A stretch of DNA of 64,000 nucleotides from a virus. Lineage: Duplodnaviria > Caudoviricetes. The position numbers and the translations under genes are program-made. Below, in pieces: positions 44,890 through 54,465 of this stretch. Every line of letters begins with the position of its first letter. Within the stretch, counting starts at the first letter, position 1. The stretch lies in IMG/VR virus record IMGVR_UViG_3300025913_000019; one strand, given 5' to 3'. A model generated the notes under the pieces. It made no database searches. It was not told the DNA's origin and was given only the letters and a program-made list of their open reading frames with translations.

Positions 44890-47082
44890 ATGAACACACG
44901 CACGTTCCACTACATCGATGCGATGCCGGGAGCCGGGAAGACGGAGTACTTCGTGAACAAGGCTGCGAAGCTCTTGCGCGACGGAGGTGACTACATCCTG
45001 GTCTATGTGGCTCCGACCGCACGACTGTTGCACGAGACATACCGACGACTGCAGAGCAAGGTCGGCTACGAACTCATGCTGGCAAAGGTGCAGGTGGTGG
45101 CCGAACCTCATCGCGTGTCGGAGGCATTTCATTCCACACCGTACAAGGTGATCGGTGACCAACCGACGGTGGCACTGAACTACATGTTCGACCTCATCAC
45201 TCGACAGCAGTATGTGGACACGAAGTACCGCGTGGGCTTCAGCCACAGCTTGCAGGCAAACGCGCAGCTCGGTCACGTGGTGATGACGACACATGAGTCG
45301 TTCGTGCGGATCAACCGTCAGGATCAGACGGGTCATGGCTTCGCACTGCTTGGCAAGATGATCGTCGTCTTCGACGAGGCGCGCAAGTGCGTGATGCAGC
45401 CGAGCGACTTCAAGATCCCGAAGGATCAGTGGTCGATGCTTTGGAAGTCGCTGACGGTCGACACGGTCGACTCTGAGACACCTGCCTTCCGCAAGAAGCG
45501 TGAGCTGCCTCCGATCCAACTCGCAGCCGGTGTCGTTCCTCACACGCTCTACCGCATCAAGCAGGTCGAGCCGCTCAAGCGCATCCTCGAAATCTTCGGA
45601 GTCAAGCTCAAGTCGCTGCTACCGCCCGAGGTCAAGGCCATGCTCGCCATGTACCGTGAGTACGCAGAGACAGGTCGAGGTTCCATCTACATCCTGTCGA
45701 CCGTCAACCTCGACGAGATGTACGAGCCGCTGGCGAGCAAGGAGAAGATCAGCGTTCAGATCGTCATGCGGCCGACAGCGTTGTTCGACAACTACCAGCA
45801 CGTGATCTTGACCTCGGCCTTCTTCACCGACAGCCAGATGTACCACTTCTTGAAGAAGGACGGTCACAAGCTCGTGCCGATGCTGAAGCCGAAGAAGCTC
45901 GGACCCGCACTCGCTGCCATCAAGGAACGCTCTGAACGCTTGCGTAAGTCTGCGGCAGAGCGTCTTCACGTGGCAACGCTCCTGAACTCGGACATGCCAT
46001 CGCGGCCTGGCCCCAAAGCCTACAAAGAGAACCTGACCTCGACGTTGCTGACGACCGGCATGGTCTTGCCACGTGCACTTGAGGTCCAGGCACGTGGCGC
46101 ACTTGACCGAAGCCTGAGTCACAGAGAGATCGTCTACAACCTGGCACAGGTCAATGGCCCGTCCGTGTCAGAAGATCCCGACATCGACGCACGACTACGC
46201 GACTGGGCAGTGCCGCCGCTGTGGGTCTTGCTCTTCTACGCAGCCGTGATCGTGCGGCGCTGGATGAACAAGTATGGCAAGCCCGGACAGCGGTCGCTGT
46301 TGACCCTCAACGTCAACGACAAGAAGGTGTGGCTGCCGAACGGCACGCGTTACCTGCGCACCGTCAAGTTCACGCTTGCGCACGGGACGCTTGATCGCAA
46401 GGCTGGCCACTCGAACTCCGATGTCTACGACGACAAGCACCTGCGTGATTCAGCATTGATCCCCGACCTGTGGAGGACGCGTCTGAAGGAGAGCTTGTAC
46501 GATCGGCTCAAGACTTCGACCTTCACGGTACCGCAGTCGCCTGCACTGCACGGCATCAACCGCTACTCGAAGATGTGCGCCTTCACGCACATGGCTGCAC
46601 TGAACCCGAGTCCTACTCAGACACGCTTCTACCGCATGCTCATCCCCGACTACGACGTTGACCAAGATCACAGCATCGAGAATCTGGTGCAGACCTTGTA
46701 CCGGACATCCTTGCGTGATCCAGACGCTGCTGATCCTGTGCTCATGGTCATCCCATACGAGTCGAGCGCACGTCTGCTGGCGACCAAGATCGGTATCCGG
46801 TCTTTCAAGAAGGAGGTGAACAAGCCACCGCTGACGACACTCAGCCACGTGAAGCTCATGGGTGAGGAAGCGCGCGAGCATCAACGCCAGCGGACGCAGG
46901 AAGTGAACCGCAAGTATGACAAGGATCTCAGCAGCGAAGTCGACAAGGCTCGTGCTCGTGTCATCGCCGCGCGCGCGAACTTGAAGAAGGCGCCCGACTC
47001 CAAGGCTCGGCAGGCAACTTTGGCACGCCATGAAACCGCGTTCGAGGCTCTGAAGGCCAAGGCGACGCTGAAAGGAAAGTGA
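44890..47082 (+). CDS. SF2 helicase-like protein, possibly origin-binding
   Basis: Walker A DAMPGAGKT, MTTHES, Walker B VVFDEA, motif VI-like QTLYRTSLR; basic C-terminus. Confidence 0.7.
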   Translation: MNTRTFHYIDAMPGAGKTEYFVNKAAKLLRDGGDYILVYVAPTARLLHETYRRLQSKVGYELMLAKVQVVAEPHRVSEAFHSTPYKVIGDQPTVALNYMFDLITRQQYVDTKYRVGFSHSLQANAQLGHVVMTTHESFVRINRQDQTGHGFALLGKMIVVFDEARKCVMQPSDFKIPKDQWSMLWKSLTVDTVDSETPAFRKKRELPPIQLAAGVVPHTLYRIKQVEPLKRILEIFGVKLKSLLPPEVKAMLAMYREYAETGRGSIYILSTVNLDEMYEPLASKEKISVQIVMRPTALFDNYQHVILTSAFFTDSQMYHFLKKDGHKLVPMLKPKKLGPALAAIKERSERLRKSAAERLHVATLLNSDMPSRPGPKAYKENLTSTLLTTGMVLPRALEVQARGALDRSLSHREIVYNLAQVNGPSVSEDPDIDARLRDWAVPPLWVLLFYAAVIVRRWMNKYGKPGQRSLLTLNVNDKKVWLPNGTRYLRTVKFTLAHGTLDRKAGHSNSDVYDDKHLRDSALIPDLWRTRLKESLYDRLKTSTFTVPQSPALHGINRYSKMCAFTHMAALNPSPTQTRFYRMLIPDYDVDQDHSIENLVQTLYRTSLRDPDAADPVLMVIPYESSARLLATKIGIRSFKKEVNKPPLTTLSHVKLMGEEAREHQRQRTQEVNRKYDKDLSSEVDKARARVIAARANLKKAPDSKARQATLARHETAFEALKAKATLKGK

Positions 47083-47675
47083 TGAACGCCGAAGAGAAGA
47101 TTGTAAAGAAGGGGATGCAAGTCAAATGCGATCGCCACTTCTTGCGCTACGCAGTACCGTCACCTGTGTGGCGCCAGTCCGAGTTCCGTTGGTACCCGAC
47201 CGAGATCGATGGACTCACCCTCGAGTCGCAGATCCACTCGGTCGGGCTCTGGAACCTGAACCCGATCAACGCGCAGACCTTCGTCGTCACCGCGTCCGAC
47301 ATCCTGCGGGCCGAGTACTTCGCAGCCATGCTGGTCGAGGCCCACGTGCGACAGAACCGACATGCCAACGTCCAGTGGCTGCCGATCTACCACGACGAAC
47401 TCGATCGGTCGACAGGGGAGTTCCGACACGCTGTGCCGTTGAGGAAGCAACAGGAGCTCGACCCGACGCTGCTGGTGCTGTCCAACCTGGGCCTCGAGTC
47501 CAGCGACGTGCAGGTCGAGAAGGCGCGCGATGTCATGGCACGCTGGCCTTCGTGTCCGGTCATCCTCATCGGCGCCGGAAAGCACATCGGGCCCAAGGCC
47601 TTCGCCAAATACATGCTGGTCGCGATGCACCGCGCGGTCCACGTCAACTACAAGAGAGGGCAGATCGATGTCTGA
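47079..47675 (+). CDS. hypothetical protein, possibly a degenerate DnaC/IstB-like loader
   Basis: LLVLSNLGLE...PVILIG resembles the Walker B/sensor region; no Walker A. Confidence 0.45.
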   Translation: MMNAEEKIVKKGMQVKCDRHFLRYAVPSPVWRQSEFRWYPTEIDGLTLESQIHSVGLWNLNPINAQTFVVTASDILRAEYFAAMLVEAHVRQNRHANVQWLPIYHDELDRSTGEFRHAVPLRKQQELDPTLLVLSNLGLESSDVQVEKARDVMARWPSCPVILIGAGKHIGPKAFAKYMLVAMHRAVHVNYKRGQIDV

Positions 47676-49197
47676 CCTGAGAGATCCGAAAGCGCTGCTC
47701 GGGCTGCTGCTCGACCACTGGCGCTTGAAGGACGAAGCTACCGTCCACATGACGCTCGACACCCTGGTCTACGAGCAGGATCGAAGGCAGGGCTTCAAGC
47801 CTGCGCCACCGAACACGATGACGCGCCTGCTGGACACGCAGATGGCGGCCAGGACTCCGGTCACTGCGTCGCCTATTGCCATTCCTGGACGACAGGACCC
47901 GGCCTTCATCCCGCCGAAGGACAAGAAGCTGGACGACAACAAGGCCGGCGAGTTCGAGATGACCGCGGGTCAAGCCGAAGCCTGGGCCAAGATCACGGCG
48001 TGGCTCAAGACTGAAGAACCGTTCTTCGTCCTCGAAGGCTTCGCCGGCACCGGCAAGTCATTCCTCCAGCAGAAGCTCGCCAAGTATCCGGGCCACTCGT
48101 TCTACTTCAGCGCTCCGACCAACAAGGCGACGAAGGTGCTGGCCGACTTCATCGGCGAGATGTGCAAGACCACGTACTCGCTGCTGGGTCTGAGGATGGT
48201 GAACGAGGGCGACAAGAAGGTGCTCTCGAACTCGGGCCGATTGCCCGACCTCGGCCACGCACCCATCCTCGTCATTGACGAGGCCGGCATGGTGCCGAAG
48301 ATGCTCGCTGACATGCTGAAGGAACTTTCCGAGTCGCATGGCTGGCGTGTCATCTTCGTCGGCGACCCCGCACAGCTCAACCCGGTCGGCGAGAGCCAGT
48401 CGCGCGTCTGGAAGATGGCGCCGAAGCAATGGAAGTCGCGGCTCACCGAGGTCAAGCGCTTCGACAATCAGCTGCTGCACCTGTCGGTCAAGGTCCGCGA
48501 CTGCCTGCGCAACAAGGACTACTCGCAGTCTCCCATTGCGAACGACAACGATGGGCGCGAAGGCGTGTTCGTCATCGACCGCAAGGCCATGTTCGACGAG
48601 ATCAAGAAGTTGCAGCTGCAAGACTGGCGCACGACCAAGGTCGCTGCCTGGCGCAACAAGACGGTCGTCGCCTACAACAAGATGATCCGCAAGAGTCTCG
48701 GCTTCCTCAACGAGTACGATACCGACGACCTCATCATGCTGGCCGAGCCCATTGTCGACTCGAACGGTCAAGTCATCGCCTACACAGACGAGGAGTACAA
48801 CATCAAGGCCATCGGTAGTCGCGTCTTCGACTTCCCCGAAGGCAAGATCGAGGCCAGAGCCATCACGTTGCAGGACTCGCCACTCGTGCTGTACGTGCCG
48901 GATGACGACGGCTCTTCTGTGCTCTCCATGTTCCTGTCGGAGCGTGCATCGAAGGCCGGTCGCGCCACCAAGGCACACGAGCGCAAGATGCTGTGGGATC
49001 GCTTCTGGCAGATGAAGAACCAGTTCCACGCGATCCGGTATGGCTACGCGCTGACGGTGCACCGGCTGCAGGGATCAACGCTCGACCACATCTACGTCGA
49101 CCAGGCTGACATCCTTTGCAACCAGAACGAGCGCGAAGCCTACCGCTGTCTCTACGTGGCGGCCACAAGGCCTCGGTTCAGCCTCACCACTTACTAG
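47668..49197 (+). CDS. Dda/RecD-like SF1B helicase
   Basis: EGFAGTGKS, SAPTNKA, VIDEAGMV, FVGDPAQLNPV, LTEVKR, YALTVHRLQGST, LYVAATRP. Confidence 0.92.
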   Translation: MSDLRDPKALLGLLLDHWRLKDEATVHMTLDTLVYEQDRRQGFKPAPPNTMTRLLDTQMAARTPVTASPIAIPGRQDPAFIPPKDKKLDDNKAGEFEMTAGQAEAWAKITAWLKTEEPFFVLEGFAGTGKSFLQQKLAKYPGHSFYFSAPTNKATKVLADFIGEMCKTTYSLLGLRMVNEGDKKVLSNSGRLPDLGHAPILVIDEAGMVPKMLADMLKELSESHGWRVIFVGDPAQLNPVGESQSRVWKMAPKQWKSRLTEVKRFDNQLLHLSVKVRDCLRNKDYSQSPIANDNDGREGVFVIDRKAMFDEIKKLQLQDWRTTKVAAWRNKTVVAYNKMIRKSLGFLNEYDTDDLIMLAEPIVDSNGQVIAYTDEEYNIKAIGSRVFDFPEGKIEARAITLQDSPLVLYVPDDDGSSVLSMFLSERASKAGRATKAHERKMLWDRFWQMKNQFHAIRYGYALTVHRLQGSTLDHIYVDQADILCNQNEREAYRCLYVAATRPRFSLTTY

Positions 49198-49205
49198 GAG
49201 TCACT

Positions 49206-49653
49206 ATGAGTGTCCAAGTCATCGACAGCTTCCGTGGCGAGTACATGTTCCTGTCGAACTTCGACACGGAGTACTCAACGCTGTACCGCTCGATCTTCTT
49301 CAAGTCGAGCGAGCACGCCTACCAGTGGGCGAAGTGCGCGAACGATGCTGGCCGCCGTCGGATCAGGGACGCGAAGACACCCGCTGACGCGAAACGCATT
49401 GGTCACCACGTGCTCATGAGGGCCAACTGGGACACCGAGCGCGTCAAGTACATGCGCAATATCATCCACGCGAAGTTCTCGCATGGCTCTGACTACGCGC
49501 GCATGGTTACTCGACACCGGTGACGCATTGCTGATCGAGGGCAACAAGCACGGCGACACCTTTTGGGGTCAGTGCAACGGCGTCGGAGAGAACTGGCTGG
49601 GCATCCTGTTGATGGAACGCAGGGCCGAACTTCGTGCCCTGGAGAAACTGTAA
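49206..49653 (+). pseudogene. NADAR-family protein interrupted by a +1 frameshift near 49505
   Basis: Frame 1 gives FLSNF..SSEHAYQWAK..AKRIG..NWD..MRNIIHAKF and stops at 49523; the +1 frame continues LLDTGDALLIEGN..DTFWG..GENWLGILLMERR to TAA 49653. Confidence 0.8.
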
Positions 49654-49681
49654 AGAAACCATACACAAGGAGTTACCACCC

Positions 49682-50287
49682 ATGAGCACGAACGAGCAAC
49701 AAAGTCAGCCGGCGGAACAGCAGCCGCAGACCATCGACCTGTCGAAGCCGAACGTCGAGCACGGCATTCCCGCGCTGCAGCTCGCCGGCTACTACGACAA
49801 GAGCCGCGGCGTCGTCCTCGGCTTCATCCCTCGCGGCCAGAACGAAGTGAGCCCCGACGACTTCGTGTCGAAGATCACGTACCCGAACCTCACGGCCGCG
49901 ATCAAGGACATGCAGGCGTGCCTGGACATGGCGTTCCAGGCGACGGCGACGCTGGCGACCGACATCGGCTACGCCCGCGGCTACAAGGCGGCCATGAACG
50001 ACGTGGCGGCCAACATCAAGACCGCGACCCGCGTGCCCAACTCCGAGTCGAAGGCGAGTTCGCCGACGCTCGACGCCGAGGACGCGGCAGTCATGGACTC
50101 CGTGGCCGAGCCGGATCGCGTGCAACCTGATCCCGCCGTGGAGAAGGTGGTCGGGCAGAAGGAAGACCCGGAGGACGACCCGCTGAACTTCAGCCTCGAC
50201 CTCAGCATGAGCGGTGCCGACTCCAAGCCGACGAAGCGCAAGGCGCCGACGGGCACGATCAACCTCAACGCCGACGCGGAGGAATGA
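49682..50287 (+). CDS. acidic hypothetical protein
   Basis: 201 aa; AAGGAG RBS. Confidence 0.7.
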   Translation: MSTNEQQSQPAEQQPQTIDLSKPNVEHGIPALQLAGYYDKSRGVVLGFIPRGQNEVSPDDFVSKITYPNLTAAIKDMQACLDMAFQATATLATDIGYARGYKAAMNDVAANIKTATRVPNSESKASSPTLDAEDAAVMDSVAEPDRVQPDPAVEKVVGQKEDPEDDPLNFSLDLSMSGADSKPTKRKAPTGTINLNADAEE

Positions 50288-50655
50288 TGGCCGACCCGTT
50301 CTACACCGACCACCTCGGCTGCAAGGTCACGGCCGACGACGAAGGCGGCTTCGTCTACTACGTGGACCCACCGACGACCCCGGTCATGCCCGAAGGAGTC
50401 GACTGCGATCGCGATGGTCTCGCTGTCGCACGGCTGCAGTTCCAGAACGGCAACCCGCACACGCTGGGCATCAACGGCCTGACCAACGAACACCTGCTGG
50501 CGATCCTGTACCACCGCATCGGCGTCCTCGACGCGAAGATGCCCGACCAGGAGAACAAGATCGCCAAGCACTACGTGAAGAGCGCGCTGACGGCGCTCGA
50601 GCGCAGGACCAAGGCGCGACAAGCGCGCAACGTCGAGGGAACGGACGCGCCCTAG
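50284..50655 (+). CDS. Tad1-like anti-defence nucleotide sponge candidate
   Basis: LQFQNG...G.TNEHLLAILYHRI...ENKIAKHYVKSALTALERRTKARQARNVEGT follows the Tad1 pattern FQxG..LL.I..DRL..EN..A..HV..AL...RR...R..RNV.GT as I recall it. Confidence 0.7.
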   Translation: MMADPFYTDHLGCKVTADDEGGFVYYVDPPTTPVMPEGVDCDRDGLAVARLQFQNGNPHTLGINGLTNEHLLAILYHRIGVLDAKMPDQENKIAKHYVKSALTALERRTKARQARNVEGTDAP

Positions 50656-50756
50656 CCGCGTTCCGAATCGGCGACAAAAGTAGAGCGTAGACACGCCTTC
50701 CAACAGCACCACACGGCAACTGCTTCATCAACTTCTCGCGCATAGCGCACACCATC

Positions 50757-51416
50757 ATGTCCTTCATTCCTTCCCTCGACGACGAAATCACCATTGCCTC
50801 TCTCGAAGAAGGCGACCACACCAAGGCCATCTGGGCACTGAACGGCAGCGCCAACAGCGCGGCCCGCCAGGCCGGCGAGGTCCACATCGGCATCCCGAAG
50901 CGCAACGGCACGAAGGTCGACGACCTGTTCCTGCCGATGACGTGGCTGCCGATCCGCATCACGGACCAGATCCCGCGCGCCCAGCTGCTGGAGAGCTCCG
51001 AGTTCCGCAACGCCGTGAACAACGGCCTGCTGACGCTCATCAGCGAAGAGAAGGCCCGCGCCATCATGAGCGAAGACGGCGCCGCCGACGAGCGCGAGCG
51101 CCTGTCCGAGCGCGCGAAGCAGATTCGTGACGCCACGGCCGCTCGCACGATCAAGGACTCCGGCGCCGAGGTCGTATCCGTGCAGGAGCTGGCCGACGCC
51201 AGCCGCAACCAGGACCAGGCCGAAGAGCGCGACCCGAATGCCCTGGACGCCGGCTTCGTCATGTTCGTCAACGCGGTCAAGGACCTGCCGGACGTCGACG
51301 CCCTCAACCGCATCCGCGGCCGCCAGAACTTCACCCGCCCCGAGATCCAGCACATGGTCAAGGAGCTCAAGGGCAAGGAGAAGGTCGTCGCCTTCCTCAA
51401 GAAGGCGCTCGGCTGA
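50757..51416 (+). CDS. hypothetical protein
   Basis: 219 aa with very strong GC3 bias, followed by a terminator. Confidence 0.75.
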   Translation: MSFIPSLDDEITIASLEEGDHTKAIWALNGSANSAARQAGEVHIGIPKRNGTKVDDLFLPMTWLPIRITDQIPRAQLLESSEFRNAVNNGLLTLISEEKARAIMSEDGAADERERLSERAKQIRDATAARTIKDSGAEVVSVQELADASRNQDQAEERDPNALDAGFVMFVNAVKDLPDVDALNRIRGRQNFTRPEIQHMVKELKGKEKVVAFLKKALG

Positions 51417-51466
51417 CCCCGGTCCACCGCTTGCTTTCCTCCTAGCGCAGACCCCTGTGCTTTCCA

Positions 51467-51501
51467 CCCCGTCACTGGGCCCCTGGTGACGGGGATTTTT
51501 T
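51467..51501 (+). terminator. intrinsic terminator
   Basis: CCCCGTCAC/GTGACGGGG stem followed by ATTTTTT. Confidence 0.75.
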
Positions 51502-51552
51502 CGCCCTGTCAAGGCCCGAAACACCCGTTTTTGACCCGTTTTTGGCTCAAAA

Positions 51553-51630
51553 TTGCACAAAAATGAGGCAAAAACGGGGCATTTTCCCTCTGAAACACGG
51601 TTTTTGTCACATTTCCGGGTCTATAATGGA
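51553..51630 (+). promoter_or_regulatory. putative early promoter, copy A
   Basis: TTGCACAAAAAT...CAAAAA upstream, GGTC-TATAAT-GGA at 51618-51630, phased A/T tracts. Confidence 0.7.
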
Positions 51631-51700
51631 GGCGAGGGACGGTTCGCTCGCCCGCGGTCCGGTGATCCCTCGCATTCCCCATTCACAACGGAGTTCCCAC

Positions 51701-52009
51701 ATGGCCAAGCGCCTCATCTCGAAACAGCAACGCGCCAACATGCTCGACGACGCCGCGAGCATCATCTTCGACAAGCTGCCGACCATCGGCAAGCGCGACC
51801 AGAAGAAGATCAAGCCCGGCGTCATCGTCGTCATCAAGTGGAAGGACTCGATGCCGACGACGGAGATGGTGCTCGACGTGCTCGATGTCAACAGCGACGA
51901 GTGCAGGTACAGCGCGGACGCGAGCCTGCAGTCCTTCAACCTGAAGGATCGCTACATCCACAGCAACGCGACGTGCGACCAGATCGTCGCTGTTCTCGGC
52001 AAGCTCTAA
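51701..52009 (+). CDS. hypothetical early protein
   Basis: 102 aa; GGAG RBS; first gene after promoter A. Confidence 0.7.
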   Translation: MAKRLISKQQRANMLDDAASIIFDKLPTIGKRDQKKIKPGVIVVIKWKDSMPTTEMVLDVLDVNSDECRYSADASLQSFNLKDRYIHSNATCDQIVAVLGKL

Positions 52010-52047
52010 GACGAACAGGGCGGCGACGCCGCCCGCATGAGGAGCAC

Positions 52048-52383
52048 ATGGACAAGAAGCTGATCGAATCCGTTCGCAAGCGTGTCGACTTCGACACATA
52101 CGAGCTGGATCGCAGGAGCGCCGACAAAGACGTGGCGGCGCTGTTGAAGACGTTGCCGAAGAACGGCGCCGACTGCAGAGTCAGAGGCGCACTCCCCGGA
52201 ATGTGGGAGCCGGCGACAGTCGTCGGGTACATGATGACGAGCCAAGGCCTCAAGGCGCTCGTTGTCTACATCGACCGCGAAGACGAAGACAGCGCTGCCT
52301 TCGACTTCGTGCCCCACAAGCGCATCATGCAGCCGCATCAACCGAAACCCAAGCGCGACATCCTCGACCGTCGCAGCCGCTGA
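52048..52383 (+). CDS. hypothetical early protein
   Basis: 111 aa; GAGGAG RBS. Confidence 0.7.
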   Translation: MDKKLIESVRKRVDFDTYELDRRSADKDVAALLKTLPKNGADCRVRGALPGMWEPATVVGYMMTSQGLKALVVYIDREDEDSAAFDFVPHKRIMQPHQPKPKRDILDRRSR

Positions 52384-52406
52384 ACACACAACGCAGGAGC
52401 ATCCAC

Positions 52407-52859
52407 ATGTCTGACTTCGAACTCTTCTCTTTCGATGACAAGCCCGCACGCAAGGCCAAGCCCGTGGCGCCGATCAAGAAGGCGACGCCGGTGCCCAAGG
52501 CCAAGGCCAAGGCCGTGAAGGCGAGCCCGAAGCCGGTGATCGTCGTCGCGCCGGTCGCGCCGGTGAAGAAGGAGAAGGCGATCGCCGTGCGCAAGCACGT
52601 GCGCCAGACGAAGGTGCAGCGCGTCATCAAGGTGCTGGCGGGCAACGTCAAGGTGACGTTCAAGCGTGTCAAGGGCGACGCCGTCGTTGCCTCCATCCGC
52701 GGCACCGGCACGAAGATCGTCGTCGCCCCGCGTCTGGACGCGAACCCGGAGCGTCAGTTCCGCGCCGTCGTCGAGTACAGCACGAGCAACATGGCCGTGT
52801 ACTACGGCCCCACCGCCCGCGAGGCGTATCGTCGCGCGGCCTCCATCGCCTGGCATTGA
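52407..52859 (+). CDS. basic Lys/Ala/Pro-rich early protein
   Basis: 150 aa; AGGAG RBS; KAKPVAPIKKATPVPKAKAK tract. Confidence 0.7.
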   Translation: MSDFELFSFDDKPARKAKPVAPIKKATPVPKAKAKAVKASPKPVIVVAPVAPVKKEKAIAVRKHVRQTKVQRVIKVLAGNVKVTFKRVKGDAVVASIRGTGTKIVVAPRLDANPERQFRAVVEYSTSNMAVYYGPTAREAYRRAASIAWH

Positions 52860-52870
52860 AAGGAATCAGC

Positions 52871-53149
52871 ATGAGCAGCCTCAAAGTGCGCGCCATCAAC
52901 CGTCTGGTGGCGCAACCGAAGCCCTGGAACCAGGGGCCGAAACCCGGCACCCGCAGCGCCTTCGAGCAGATGCGCGCCGCACACGTGCCGGTCAACGAGA
53001 TCAACGTGGGCTCGCGTCGCTGGAAGAAGGCGATGAAGAAGATCGAGCGGAAGCAGCCGATGGCCGGCCGCGTCGAGCGCGTCGTCTTCTACTGCATCCA
53101 GCGCGAGCTCTGGCGCCAGGCCGAGGATCGCATCTACGGCGGACCCTGA
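52871..53149 (+). CDS. hypothetical early protein
   Basis: 92 aa; AAGGA RBS. Confidence 0.65.
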   Translation: MSSLKVRAINRLVAQPKPWNQGPKPGTRSAFEQMRAAHVPVNEINVGSRRWKKAMKKIERKQPMAGRVERVVFYCIQRELWRQAEDRIYGGP

Positions 53150-53207
53150 TCGGGCCCCCACCTACCGCATTCACATTCATCACAACCGAACGAACGAAAG
53201 ACAGATC

Positions 53208-53729
53208 ATGATGAACACCAACCCGCACCGCGCTCTCCAATCCACGAACGGCAAGACGTTCTACGCGCACCCCGATGGCACGTACAGCTACTGGTTCGCA
53301 CCGGCGCACGGCCGCCAGCACAGCGTCCTCAAGCTGCGCTGCTCGAAGGCAGTGATGGCCGCCTTCCGCAAGAGCAGCGAAGGCCGCGCCCAGGATCGCT
53401 TCGCCGACGTGCTCGAGATCGGCAACGGCTGGTACGAGATCACCAGCAAGGACATGACCGAGTGGAACGCGTGGTTCGGCACGAACGCCGACGGCACGAA
53501 GACGTGGCTGAAGGCGTTCAACCTCGCGCACGTCCGCAACGTCGATGCGAACCCGAAGTTCAACATCAAGCGCGTCAAGGAGCGTGTGCGGGCCATCGAT
53601 CCGAACACGCTGCTGACGACGAAGACGCCGCCGCTGTTCGTGCCGACGCCGCGCCAGGTCGTCGATCAGCAGCTCATGCAGCGCAAGCTCGGCGCCCTGG
53701 TCGAACGCTTCGGCCGCAAGGAGCGCTAA
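53208..53729 (+). CDS. hypothetical early protein
   Basis: 173 aa with strong GC3 bias. Confidence 0.7.
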   Translation: MMNTNPHRALQSTNGKTFYAHPDGTYSYWFAPAHGRQHSVLKLRCSKAVMAAFRKSSEGRAQDRFADVLEIGNGWYEITSKDMTEWNAWFGTNADGTKTWLKAFNLAHVRNVDANPKFNIKRVKERVRAIDPNTLLTTKTPPLFVPTPRQVVDQQLMQRKLGALVERFGRKER

Positions 53730-53730
53730 C

Positions 53731-54051
53731 ATGCGGCTCGTCCATCAGCACCTTCCCGTCCACGGCTGCGTCGGCGGTGAAGAGATCATCCTGGCTCGTT
53801 GCAACGAGCAGGGACACCGCAGCGCCGACATCTACGTCTACTACGCGGCGACGCGGAAGTGGAACTTCGTTCGCGCTGCGACGACGCAGGAGATCGTTGA
53901 CACGGCCGACGCCGAGTCGAAGCTCCCCGGCGTTGCCGCCGTCGTCGGCTGCGTCCTTCCCTTCTCGTGGGTTCACACGAAGAAGGTGTGCCAACGCTGG
54001 CAGGCCGCGTTCGCTGCGATGCCCGGCCAGAACCCGAACAACGTCTGCTAA
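53731..54051 (+). CDS. hypothetical protein
   Basis: 106 aa; AAGGAG RBS within the upstream gene end. Confidence 0.6.
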   Translation: MRLVHQHLPVHGCVGGEEIILARCNEQGHRSADIYVYYAATRKWNFVRAATTQEIVDTADAESKLPGVAAVVGCVLPFSWVHTKKVCQRWQAAFAAMPGQNPNNVC

Positions 54052-54060
54052 GGAATCAAC

Positions 54061-54465
54061 ATGGCAACCATCTCCCAACTCCAAGCTGCGGGCTTCAAGA
54101 TCAGCTCGGCACCCGTCGGCACCGATCTCACGCAGGTGTTCCACGAGCGAGCCTTCCGTTTCTGGAACAACCTGCACGAAGACCTGCGGCACAGCGCCGA
54201 CGCCGAGAAGGCGAAGCCGCTTCTCGACGCGGAGGGCAAGGCGCGCGGCTTCGTCATGCTGACGACCGACGTCTGGAAGCGCGGCTACGAGCACACGGAC
54301 GACCCGCAGTTCCCGTTCTCGTTCATCATGGAGAGCGACGCGGTCATGCTCGACGCCATGGACGACTTCGCCGACCAGATGCTGCGCACGGCACACAACG
54401 CGAAGAACGCAGCCGACCGCGCAGCCGCAACGTGCGCGCAGTGCCTCAAGGAGCGTTCGCTGTGA
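54061..54465 (+). CDS. hypothetical protein
   Basis: 134 aa; AAGGA RBS. Confidence 0.65.
   Translation: MATISQLQAAGFKISSAPVGTDLTQVFHERAFRFWNNLHEDLRHSADAEKAKPLLDAEGKARGFVMLTTDVWKRGYEHTDDPQFPFSFIMESDAVMLDAMDDFADQMLRTAHNAKNAADRAAATCAQCLKERSL

Noticed and set aside
50284-50655. Assignment as Acb2 rather than Tad1-like
   Set aside because: It lacks the Acb2-type pattern as I recall it, while the FQxG and RNVxGT segments fit Tad1 better.
51604-51627. Canonical sigma70 promoter TTGTCA...TATAAT
   Set aside because: Spacing is 12 nt rather than 16-18, and copy B has no such hexamer.
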